Positions 1-22,651 of a stretch of DNA of 64,000 nucleotides are shown piece after piece. The notes under the pieces are model-generated. The model was not told the origin of the DNA and did no database searches. It was given only the letters and a program-made list of their open reading frames with translations. Position 1 is the stretch's first letter; each line of letters starts with the position of its first letter. Both the position numbers and the translations under genes were made by a program. The DNA comes from Trichoplax sp. H2 (taxonomy: Eukaryota), in assembly GCA_003344405.1 (NCBI GenBank), contig NOWV01000025.1, positions 496,001 to 560,000 on the forward strand, read 5' to 3'.

Positions 1-12
1 GTAATCTTTTAC

Positions 13-901
13 CTTGCAAGATCTAAATCGCGATAATAGGTTAAGAAATATACAGCATGCCATATGCACAAAAATGAATGTGAAATATCCATGAATTATA
101 AACTGTAGTATATCTAATTTACATAGCACAAAACGAATATTATCATGGGAGTGACAATCACTTTATACTTCTTAAAGCTACGGTTGAATTTTATCGTTAT
201 GGAAAAGCAATTATTTATGAAATGATGAAGGATTTTAATGATTGGCATCAAAGATATTGATGGATTCGTATTAGTTATTATGCAGCTATTTTAAAATTAA
301 TGAAATATCAGTAAATAACAGTAAGCTACTAAATTACAAGTAGAAACTTTATAGCATAACTATAATTATCTTCTATCTGAAGTATATAACCGCGAAATCA
401 ATGCTAATTTGAGTCTGTGATGGACTTAGAAGTGAGACATGATGACAGAAAAGAAGGACCATTTCAAGTCAAAAAATTACAAGTCGGATAGTAAATGATG
501 TTACAGTCAGACTATGGTGATTGTGTAAATAAGCATCTACTGCTTAGGAAACTACAGTTCTATTTTGTAAATAAATTTAATACTAGTAAAAATACATCAC
601 TTTGATGCCAGTTAACTTAAGTTATCGGTAGAAAATATATATAAAGTTCAATTATCCGTCAGCGATTTACACTAGTAATATAAATCATAGATTCATCAAT
701 ATCTAAGGAATAGTATCTTTTTTATATTTATTGATTAATTATCGATCAGATATTTAGTGTCGCATAATTGAAGGATTGTTCCTGAAAGTGTCTCTAAATA
801 GACTATTTGCTTTTAAAGACCTTATGAAATTTTCCATATTACTGTAGTACAACACTCACCAGGTAAATAACTGTCAGAAACGCATATTGAAACTTCTCCA
901 T
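13..901 (-). CDS. Candidate 5' end of a secreted or membrane protein gene running off the left edge (signal-peptide exon plus 10-nt microexon)
   Basis: Minus-strand exon 952..860 is bounded by ttttgtAG and GTGAGT. Its ATG at 901 has good context (atcATGG) and encodes MEKFQYAFLTVIYL. Putative microexon 22..13 (tttAG|ATCTTGCAAG|GTAAAA) continues in frame as ILQ with a phase-1 intron. The joined peptide looks like a signal peptide. No homology support. Confidence 0.35.
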
Positions 902-3143
902 GATAAGTAAATTTAAAGAGATCAATTGTAGTAATGAAAGGCAGTTTTAATACTACAAAATATTGCTTGAAATTTTAGAACAAATTTTCAGGTCTTTGAC
1001 CTTTAATCTTACAGATAATCACTTGGAAACGTTTATAACCACATACTCAATTATTCATAAGGAAGAGGACCTAATTATAGCCGAATTAATTAACTTCAAT
1101 AAATGCATAAATACAGTTTATCATTTAAAACTTTGAATGTATCTACAATATACTAAAGTATATCAGATTGTTCTGCCAGTGTGGATATTCTGGACCAATA
1201 TAGTACATTACATTATTAAAGTGGCTTTTTACTTGGTTACTTAAACTGAAATGACGAGATTTATTAGTAAACTTACATTTTTTCTATTTTACTAAGCTAT
1301 TCTCTCTAAAATTGCCTAGAATTTGCGTCATTTCCATCATCAGAACGATATTAAAAGCAGTTATAATTACAGAAATAGTTAATTTTTAGACTATTTACTC
1401 GTACTAAAATAATCTTATCATAACATATTATGCCGTGACCCATAAATTAATTATTTTATTCAACAAGATTTATTGTAGTTATCCATTTATACGAAATAGA
1501 ACTCGTATCTTGCAGAATTTGTAACTGAAGTAAACTAATCCGTTCCGATAATTATAATTAAGGTCATGTCCATTGGTCAACAAATCCGAAGCACAAATAC
1601 CGAGAAAAGAAAAAGGCCTTTATACCAAATTAAGCTAATTCTCGCATTATTATAAGCCAAATCTAACGAGAAAAGATACAGTTTGTCATAAATAAATCAT
1701 AACCATATCAGAATAGAAGAATCTTTAAATAAGCATTGTGTTACCGAATAACGTAAGAATTTTACGCGCAGTAATAGTGTTTTACTTTATTCACTTTTAA
1801 ATTATATGCTATTCTTAGAATTTGATGTAACAAAATTGAAGCTAGATCAATATTCTATTCTATTATTTATAGTAATTGATTATTACCACACTTCAGTTAA
1901 TCCTTTATACCCTTTATAAGATTTTAATTCTGCTGCCATGTGTGTTTATATAGAGGTCTTCTTTGCTTTTACTCTGAAGCTATCCTGTCTATTAATTTAA
2001 AATTTTAATTTCTACCTAGATTAAACATGGGTTAATGCTAAGTCTTCTTAATCTGGATATCTGAAATAGCGATTGGTCTAGACTATTAATTACGTTATAA
2101 TCTTCAACAATAAAGCCATTTCTTAGCTTATACAGATTCAATCGGTTTACGTATTTTTAAGCGAAAGTCAATCTATTGACGATAATTGGTACAGTTAACT
2201 TTGTACATATTTTAACTCCATCTACGCTACAGTATTCTTTAAAATTGATAAGCATAAAAAATTGCTTTCAGAAGCGTATTTTTATTAATAATGGTATTGT
2301 GTATTTCTTCTAAACATGCAATAATGTCTCCAGTTGATTAATAATTAAAATATATCGTCAAATACTTGCACACTAGCTAATGCATATAAATGATGAAAAT
2401 TACTACAGATTTAATGAATTGGCAGGATTACTGAATTCAAATTATTTTGAACAAGTTTAATATTTTTGCACTATGGCTTTCAAATAAAGAGTGATTACAA
2501 TATCCATAGATTTAGTAAAGCAGTAATCCAGATTAATAACTCCAATCATTTTGATTGGCTTAAAACGTGTTTACTAGACTACTCATATCGGCAACCTATT
2601 TTTCGTGCTCAATACAGCGGTTCTCCTTTGGATACCTATCGAAATGTAGTAATTCGATTAGCTAGCTAGCCAACTAGCCTGCCTTGCCGACTTGTTTTAA
2701 GATTTTGTAGAACTCGGTACCTGATTATTAATCAATTATAGGCGCCTTAATAATTTAATAGCAATTACACCGTGTTAATTAATTTTTATATCAATTTCCG
2801 CCAGCATGCTGTCTATAGCAATTAATATGGTCATTTCTACAATATCTGTTGAAAAAGCCAAGTAATTTTCTGCAAATAGATTTATTTACAATACTCTGTA
2901 GGATATTGTATGCTAAAGGCAGCAATTTCGGTGAAGCTAAAATTCTTCGCTTAATGTAGTGCTATGCAGACAAATCCACGTTCGTCTGTAAAACACTTTT
3001 TCTAGGACGACAATAACTTCTCCGTTTATTACTCAAATGCGGTAAAAAAATTACGAATAAAACATTGTGTGCTAGGTAATACGCGTATTTTTCTAAATAG
3101 GAGAGATTTTAAGTTGGGAAACAGTCACTTAGATTGCATTTTT

Positions 3144-3557
3144 TCAGTGCGATGTTTTTGTAGCAATTTTCTGTGGCTTTATATCATACCAGCATCGACG
3201 GATATTTCTGATTACTGTATAGTGGTCACTATTGGTTCGAATATCATTAGGATTTGAAATTGGCATCGCAAGAAAAGCTTGCTGTGTAAAGATTTTATGA
3301 ATCTCTAAATTTCTGATCATTTCTAAACCAGTATCAAGTATTTGTAATCCGATTGATACAATTTTGTAGCAAAGTACAGTAGAAAAGTATTGTCTGAACA
3401 AGTATTCTGAAATAATTGCTGGTAGATGCAATTGCAATTTGTTATTTACTGTATATTTGTTAAACCCCTTTTCTTTTACCTCATACTTTTGAGACAGAAA
3501 ATTTTTTCCAAGCAACTCTGTAATTTCATAACATTTGTTTTTAAGCCTGACTTTCAT
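3144..3557 (-). pseudogene. Possible decayed protein-kinase-like fragment
   Basis: 137-aa ORF with loose kinase echoes in the correct order: YEITELLGKNFLSQKYEVKEK (subdomain I-like), IGLQILDTGLEMI (alphaE-like), WYDIKPQKI (cf. HRDIKPxN). Catalytic residues are degenerate and there is no DFG. Confidence 0.25.
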
Positions 3558-6194
3558 TAAAACTAAAAATAGTACATCGAGTATTGGATAACATTAGGTA
3601 GAATACTAACTTGCAAATCGGTTTCATATGAGTTTATGATTTCGCATTAGATGCGAAGGAGTTGATATTACAGTAACGTTAATAGATTACATTTTATCGG
3701 AATTACAAATGCTTTTATTCTCTGATAGTTGTATTTTCTACGGTGGTTATTGAGAATGCTTCTATATTGCTAGGGGTAAATGTATACTAAACATAAGTTC
3801 AAGTTCCTATTTAAAGATATTCATAGCGACAGCATATGGGTTTACCTCTTTCTGAAACAAAATTCAGTTAGTAAGAGATTCTATTAGTATTTGTTACAAT
3901 CCTTTCTATGACAAAAATTTTTATTTGCTTTCAAGATGTCTAGCTCTAACCATAAGATTTTCGATTACACTAGTAGCGATTCTATAAGTACAATAGTCTT
4001 ACTAGAACTTCCTACCACTTTTAGGGTATACAAGTTAGAGCCTTATCACTGAAACAACGGCATAAAATCATATACCACATCGTTTTATATTCATTTAATA
4101 GTTACTCAAGAATGAAACAGGTTAAGATTATTTATCCAATCAAAAAGTGATAACTCTAGCAAATGTTACAACAGAACTTTCTTAACTCTAGTCTATTTCT
4201 CTAAATTACTTAATGTGTAAGTGTTTAGATCATCTAACAATAAAATATTAAGAAGTACTACAAATTCATAAATCACACAGCATAACCGGTGCTTTATTGA
4301 TGGCACATGATTGGAAATGCTCCCATAGTTAAAATACAGGATCATAACAGTAGCCTATGATATACATTCAAGGATCAAGATAATACGATAGTATAGGATT
4401 AACTTAACGAGCGCTGACCTTACCTCCAGAGAATGGTTCCATTTAATTTCTTCATTTTCGCATATAATACAGCAAAGAAGTGCAATTAATATCATTAAAT
4501 CACAACTTGTATACGTTCAAAGATTGATTTACGAACGAATAAGAAATAATATACTTTAGTCGCGTAGTAGAGCAATGAAATCCATTGATATTGATGTCTG
4601 ATGGATAAAAACTATAACAGGCTAACAAAATTTGAGACGTGGTAATTCACTAGCGTCCTAGGATGTAGTTAATGTTATTTTTTCTACTCTATAGTTAATT
4701 TACTTTGTTGCTACCGGTACTAGATTTCAAGAAGATAAAAAAATTCCTACTAAAACTTGTAACAGCTTGCCTATGGATCAATAGTTTATTGATCATAGTT
4801 AATGTTTTTCTTCGTCAACAATGATCCATTTTATAGTTCGCTACCTAACCGTCTAAGTCTTTAGAGTTAGCTCATAGGTAGACGATTAAAAAATTTTCGC
4901 ACTGTATCACACCAGCAAATTGATGAATTCTGCCCTCAATTGATAATTTTACTTAGCTGCTATGTGTATATTGGACATGTACCAACCATACCTACTCTTA
5001 TCGCATCTGAATAATAATGTTTTGATTGAATTTAGCTGCAGTAAAAGATCGATTAAAACAATAATAATAACAATTTATTCTCTGCATGAAGGTTACAATG
5101 CAATAGAGTATACTAATAGCGCCTGATTTCAGTCTATACGAGCTGTACAGTACATAGACAGGCGATTTTATGATATCCATTTTCCAGCATGTTGTTGTTT
5201 TCTATGCTGTGTGTGGCTTTAAGCTAATAGTAATAATACTCGTATGAATATCAAATATTTCGACGTAAGAGTTGTGATATATTCATTTATTTTCTAGTCT
5301 ACAGTATTATTGTTATACGACAACCACGATAAACTTATTGACTATAGCATAAAAAGTTCAAAAGGTACCGTACTAGGATATTGTGTGAGAAATCGAGTGA
5401 ATCATGTTCTTAGCTTGTCTAATCTATTTTTGAAGATGCTACCGTTTAAATCATGTACAAGTTGGAACTTCTGATATATCTGACAATGGACTAGTGTGAT
5501 AGTATGGGTCAATGTTTTCCAACAAAGTTGCAGAAAGCTCTAATCGAGTTGAATACAACTATTATTAGAAAGATCTTAGAACGATCCCAGAAAGAACTAG
5601 CAACTTATCTGAAATTACTTACTGAAATCCTGATTCTAGCCTTTGCAGCTACAATCAGTATAACAACATTATACCAGTATTTTACATATCCACGGATTGG
5701 GAATCCTTAGGGGTGCTATTCCAATTCATTAAGCAACATGGTCAAGTCTGATTTTTGACCCCGAATCAATGAATTCATTAATATAATTAATTATCATTAC
5801 AATATATTGCATCCTTTGCCCGCTACGTCATGAGTCTAATTCATATTGTTCCTGTATAAATTAAAATGATATTTATTATGCAAAGTCATTCTGATATTTA
5901 GTTACTTTTTTCGTCAGTATAACAATCGTTTTACTCTATAGTTACGATTTATCGTTTTCATCTATGATTCAAACGATTTTTTCCACAGTCATGGTATAGC
6001 AGTCAAGTTAAGCTGAACGATTAACGCTGTACTAAATAACGATTTAATTATAGGGACTTTGAATGTTGAAAGACTTTCCCTGGTCACATAGATCACGTAA
6101 GTACAGAATTTTTGATTTTAAATCATCTAATTCAACGCTACTTGGCTAAAAAAAACATCATAGACAACATAGATAGTAACAACATTACAATTAA

Positions 6195-6630
6195 AATAGT
6201 CTACGAATTCAAATTTTATTCCTATCGACTGTCATAGAGGCTCAAGAACTTGATTGCCATTCTATTTTTGTACGAGATAAATGTAAGGCGTATTAATATT
6301 AGTTCAAGTTATACAGCTCTTATAATCACGATATGAATGATTGAGTGTTATTTCTACTTTCTTGTTCATTACTGTTATCCTGCCAGTGTTGACAGATAAA
6401 CGATCAGACTGTAATTGAACAGTCTACGAACCTAAATTTTATTTGCGTTGGCTACGATAGAGAAGAAAGAGTTTGATTTTTTATTATTTTACTCTTACAT
6501 TAGGTAAATTTAAGGCATGCAAGTTATGCAGCTGTCGCATGACGATATTCATCATACTGTTCTACGGTCTATATCTCGTACATTACTTTTACCCTTACTG
6601 ATGTTAAAAGATCATCCTAAAATTGAATCA
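6195..6630. repeat. Degenerate two-copy tandem duplication, period about 223 bp
   Basis: AGTCTACGAA at 6198 and 6421. Each is followed by co-linear similar blocks (aaattttatt, atagag, ttgatt, taaggc, caagttatRcagct, acgatat, ttctac, cattact). Confidence 0.6.
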
Positions 6631-8926
6631 TAGAACTGTCTTATGATGTAAGATTAGTTTAGGCGATAGCTTTTAATTGTAATAAAGCTGTAGAATTACC
6701 AACGGTCTAGATGTAATAGCTAATTTTAATAGCACTCGATGGGATTGGCTTTTATTCACTAATGATTCATTTCTTGTAATCTATTTGCTATTTAGTAAGC
6801 ATGATTTAGCCATCTTTATTAAGTTAATCTTTCTGTAGCTCAGTACCTAGCGTTCATAAATGATAATAATAATTATCACTTCTATTTTAGCTAAATAACT
6901 TACATTAAATAGTGCTAACTTAAGTTCTAAACGAGTCATGTCGTACTGAATCAAAAAGGCTTGATGTATTTTAACACCTATAAATACTAGTAACTGTTTT
7001 CAGCGTATAAAATAATATAGACTGCCATACTTTTGGCCACTTTTAGATGTCAAATTCACTACTGATATTAGAAAGTCAATTAATCTCGATCTTTTTACCT
7101 GTTATTAGTACATCTTTGCCACAAGGAAAGGGTATCCCATCTGTAAATATGCACCGCTACACACCGCGAGCGAAACAGCAAAATAATCAAGGTAAGATTA
7201 TCGAACGAGTAAGACTACAAAATAATTTTGCATTAGCCATCCGTTTACATTTTAAAAGATTACAAGACCAATTTTAAAACTACATATAAGCTATAATTAA
7301 TAACTTCTCCTATCTCTGAGTTTCTAATTGGCTTAATTTGTTCTACTACTGATACAATTTTTTTCTTTCATCCATGTATCTGAAGATAAAGTAATCGAAT
7401 CTACTAACTTCACGGCAATTTCTAAAAATGGTTATCAAACAGATGAGTCAATGACTAATTTTTCCCACAAATTGAATCGGATTCAAGCAGTCATTGACCG
7501 TTGTTGCTTTACCATCACTGTCCCTATTTTCATAGCCTTTTCATCGCTATTAGCTATTGTTGGTGCGTTTTTGACAGAAATAGCATTTCTAATTATAATG
7601 CAAATCCTTGCTCTGGCATATAGCTTAATTGAACTGGTGGTAATGCTTCATTTTAAAATTTTATTCTGTAAGTATGTTAGAGGTGTTGATCGCTGTTATG
7701 TTAGTTGTAATCAACTGCTATCGTTTGTGAGTTACTACTATGTGCTATGAATTATCTCTTGCCTGCTGACTTTAATGATACATAATTTCGGACACCTTAG
7801 GATAAAGCTTATCTTAGCCAAGCACTATCCTAGTACCATTTACGAATCTGGAAATATTTAGTTGAATCTATGATAATTATACAATTATGACTGTCATCAT
7901 GGCAGTAACTTTTGAATTTTATACCATGTCATTTCAATTGATATTTTTGTATCTAGTACTTCTTGAACTTGGTGAAAATAATTCTTTTTAGTTATGACAG
8001 GACAGTAACTCTTGACACCTTATAGCATGTCCTTTGAGGAGTTAATCTAGTACTTACTCCGCTAGTATGATTAGCTTATCATGGCAGAGACGTTAGTTTA
8101 AAGCATATGAAGTCCATCTGCCTTTGATTAGCTTAGTTTCTTTTCACCATTTCAAATGATAGCGTTACGATCGACATTCTCATACTCGCTTACTTTAATC
8201 TAGATATCGCTGTATCTATGTGGATGCTAGAAAGCTTCTTTGATTAGCTATAATAGTATCATCTATTTTCATTTGAAGCACTTTAAAATCATGTTATTAC
8301 TTGTATTTCTAGGTTGGCAGTGGCGAAAAAGACTCTCTCGTCAGTCACTTGGGTATAAACAAAATACACAAGACAGCTGATCATTTTTTTTCTTCATGAT
8401 CAATGTTATTAATCGTCACATATATTAATATATTGAAATTACGAAATCTGCTATATACCTCTATAACACCTAGCATACCTTAATACCGAATTAGTAAAGT
8501 TGTCATTTTTATCTAGAATAGATCATTTGGTCTCGGCATTTCGCTGTAAGGACCATATAAGAAAGTTTGCTAAATTACATGAAATGATTTCGCAAAGACC
8601 TTAATCATTATTTAACTTTTATGAGTAATTACTGTACTGAACGACACGTTTAATTTCATCTTGACTTTTTACAGTCAGGGTAACTAGCGGGCTTACTGAA
8701 AGTGAGTTATTTATCCATAAGTTGGCTTTTCAATGTTTCTTGGACTGTACTGTACTGTATTTCTGTCATAGCTTTGCTACAATTTCACACTCGATCATTT
8801 CCCTAGGACCGTATATGATGTTGGTCACTGTACTCTGCCATAACGACGAGAAAAGATGATATAAATTTTGCACGACACGATTAAACATTGATTATGTTAC
8901 CAAAACAGAGTTTCAATCTTACAATA

Positions 8927-9187
8927 AGTGTTGATTTATATTACTATCCGATTTGGTAGCAGACTGAATTCAGTAATTAAGAGTTGGGTTATTTCTGGAG
9001 ACTGGTATCCATATCTCGAACTCTTTCAATAAATTATAGTAAAAACCAATAACCAATAATGTAACATAACCAGTGTTGATTTATATTACTAGGTGATATG
9101 GTAGCAGATTGAATTCAATGATTAAGATTTGGGATCATTTCCAGATACAGGTATCCATCTCTCGAATTCATGCAACAAATTGTAGTA
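8927..9187. repeat. Diverged two-copy tandem duplication, period 145 bp
   Basis: AGTGTTGATTTATATTACTA starts at both 8927 and 9072, and the copies align over about 115 bp (8927-9042 vs 9072-9187). Confidence 0.9.
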
Positions 9188-10429
9188 ATGCGAGTAACCC
9201 ATTGAGTGATAACCACGAGCAAAAGTTGACAGAAAGTAGTGATTGCGTATATAGATTCGATGGGATGATGGAAAATTGCATTTTTTAAAATCGTTTAATA
9301 GAGTAAATACGTATGTCAAAGTAATTACTAGGAATAATTGCACGGACATGCAGTCATGTAATTTCATAACGTAATTCTAAGGTATGCAGAAAAAGATTGA
9401 AAAGTAAATGTAAATCGAGAGCAGCTATCTGATGCATTAATGCCTACAGTATCTATAGTTGATACATTAAGGATTGAATAAAGTTTTACTTTCTGAATAT
9501 GTGTACACTGTACAGTACTGTATGCATACGTCGCTGACGTTTGACAACAGTCTTAAAAAGAGAGAATACCTTCGTAGGCAAATATTTATACAAGACTGAA
9601 TAGTAGCTAGGCAAGTAAACTCTTTTGTTATCATTAGATCATTACATCGGTAGGTTACGACTATTCCTGTCGATGTTTCAAAGATTGTTCCACTACTTAC
9701 CAGCTTTCTGAAGGGCATACTATTAGTAGCATTTCAGCAAGTGTAAGAGAGATTGACGAGTCGATCCTATACCTATACAATGCAATATACACTTGTACAG
9801 TCAGTATATGTCGGTTACTGTTCTTGAAAGTTGGAAATTACTAAGGTAGGCTATAATGTGTATGATAGTACTAGAGTATGAAAACTTTTGAACCATAGCT
9901 AAAGTAGTCCATGGAGGTCAATTGAGTATCGACAGACGCTCTAATTGACGAGATTAATGTTCAATTGCATGAAATTCTATAGTTATAATGCATCAATTCA
10001 AGTGGCAATGGACAGTCCATCTCATGATAATAACGACACCCTCTGTCCATCGTCGATTTCAATCAGATGTGGGTTTCAACACTATAGCACTAAGCAGTGG
10101 CATGCTCTCTTAAGAAAAAAGGAGTAGAAGATCGGCTCTCGAGTCTACTTTGCGACGAGGATCATCCATACTTGATGGATGATCAACTCCTTGAAGTTGC
10201 AGTATATATTGTTTGGTTTTCTACACATCCTCCTACAGCATTGCCATAATATCATTTCGTCCATTCTAGTAGTACTATGTATTGAAAGTGTGCTAATACT
10301 ATGAAATAAAGCACTAAACGCTGTAGCATCATTGCGACCTAATCAAGGTTTACTTCTATCGTCTACCGACATCGTTTTGACTTTAGAGTGAGGCCGCCGC
10401 GAAGCAGAAATAGGAATGTCTATTTCTGC

Positions 10430-10835
10430 TTATACTGTACAATCTACAGTACATTTCTACTTACATTTCTACGTACTGTACATACTGTACTGTACTGTAC
10501 TGTACTGTACTGTACAAGTGTCTACAATCTACAGTACATTCTATAGATTGCATTCTATAGAATGTCCGAATCCTTACTGTACTGTACAGTACATTGACCG
10601 TGACAAGTGGCGAAAAGAGCACAGTACTGTATCGTACAGAAATTTAACTACGGATTCGAAATCTTCAACTAATACACTATCGTTTGAATTACTTTTTTTA
10701 CATGATTTGATCAATATTAAAGCATTTACAGTACTTAATTAATAATCTGGAACGAAAAAGATCTCGCTCTGTACAGTACAGTACAGCATAGTAGTGTACC
10801 TTGTACTGTACAGTGTACAGTGTACAGTACTGTAG
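10430..10835. promoter_or_regulatory. TACTG/TACAG pentamer cluster (putative promoter element)
   Basis: (TACTG)n run at about 10483-10515 and (TACAG)n runs at about 10771-10830, plus ACAGTACTGT palindromes. Lies 1.1-1.5 kb upstream of the PI4KA ATG. Confidence 0.6.
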
Positions 10836-11229
10836 TTGAAAGTCACTGCCTCGCCATGGACTACAAGTACTAGAAAATCTACAATCTACCTGGACTGGAC
10901 ACTCCTCTGGACGGACAGACATTTGGCCTACTTTGATTCATCAATTGTGCCAAACACTTCACTATGACACTACTTTAGTATGCAGAACGGTCAATTCTGA
11001 ATGGACTAATTTTTTCTAAATTAAGTAAGATTACATTGTATTCCTTTGCCTGATACTAAGCTCTGCTTGGAAGCAGTCACTGTAGATCATGAATGTTATT
11101 TAAATGAATACGAGTGATTTCGAAAATAGACACAGAAGATCCATACTGAGTAGCTATTTTTCGACCATATCTGGCATCAAAGTCCGTCCATCCGAGGAGA
11201 GTGCTCCATCCAGTGGTCCATGTCCATAT

Positions 11230-11420
11230 TGTCCCTGTTCCCTGCCCTGCCCTGCCTGCCCGTCGGTGCTGTCAATTGGTACCGGTACAGTACCGCAAAG
11301 TTGACACTGTACTGTACAGTGTATAGTACTGTACCATATCAAAGCGATCACTCGACATTACCATCGACTGCAATACCTTACTCAATCTTACTAAGGTAAG
11401 ATTGAGTAGTCTATAGTACT
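11230..11420. promoter_or_regulatory. Putative PI4KA proximal promoter / first non-coding exon
   Basis: GC-rich CCCTG repeats (about 11233-11263), a TACTG/TACAG cluster (11280-11335), then a strong donor AAG|GTAAGA at 11396. Confidence 0.5.
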
Positions 11421-11966
11421 GTATGACGGTAGCAGTGAGCAGTAGACCCTCAACTAGACACAACCCTGGCGCGACTGTAGTTCCAGTTGGCCAACTCCAA
11501 GACGGATCAAGAGACCAAAGCCAGAAAGGCTGCCCAAAGTGGACAATCTATTTCAGAATTCAGTTGAAATTCTCCCTCTATTCCATTAGTGACATCCATT
11601 AACGGATTTACCTACGCTTGGTCGATTCATTTCCTGCAAGTAAAGTAGTGGAAATTCCCTTGTTGACCATAGTAAGTCTGCAATTCAATGTATTCATTGA
11701 GGATTCATAGAATGGGAAAAATGCCGGATAGTGGATAACATCACTGACGGCTGATTCCATTGCTAGGTTACCGTAAATTTGTCTACTATACGATCCTCAC
11801 GAATAAGTAGAAAAACACCAGGAGACGATTGTCATGATTAATAAATAAATAAAATAGTAGTTGAAATAATTACCTAGTCCATAAATTGATTTCCTTCTTT
11901 CTTATAGTGTCCAAACTGTTTAAAATTTAAAATTTAAGACAGCTTGAATGGAAATAGTGGATAGCC

Positions 11967-22651
<10,685 letters not shown>

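Noticed and set aside
4423..4495. Minus-strand segment ending in a strong donor GAG|GTAAGG (MILIALLCCIICENEEIKWNHSLE)
   Set aside because: It cannot be joined in frame to the 952-860 exon. It could be a UTR exon, but it is unsupported as coding.
7451..7750. 99-aa hydrophobic ORF resembling a membrane protein
   Set aside because: The composition is expected from T-rich DNA, and there is no family motif or splice support.
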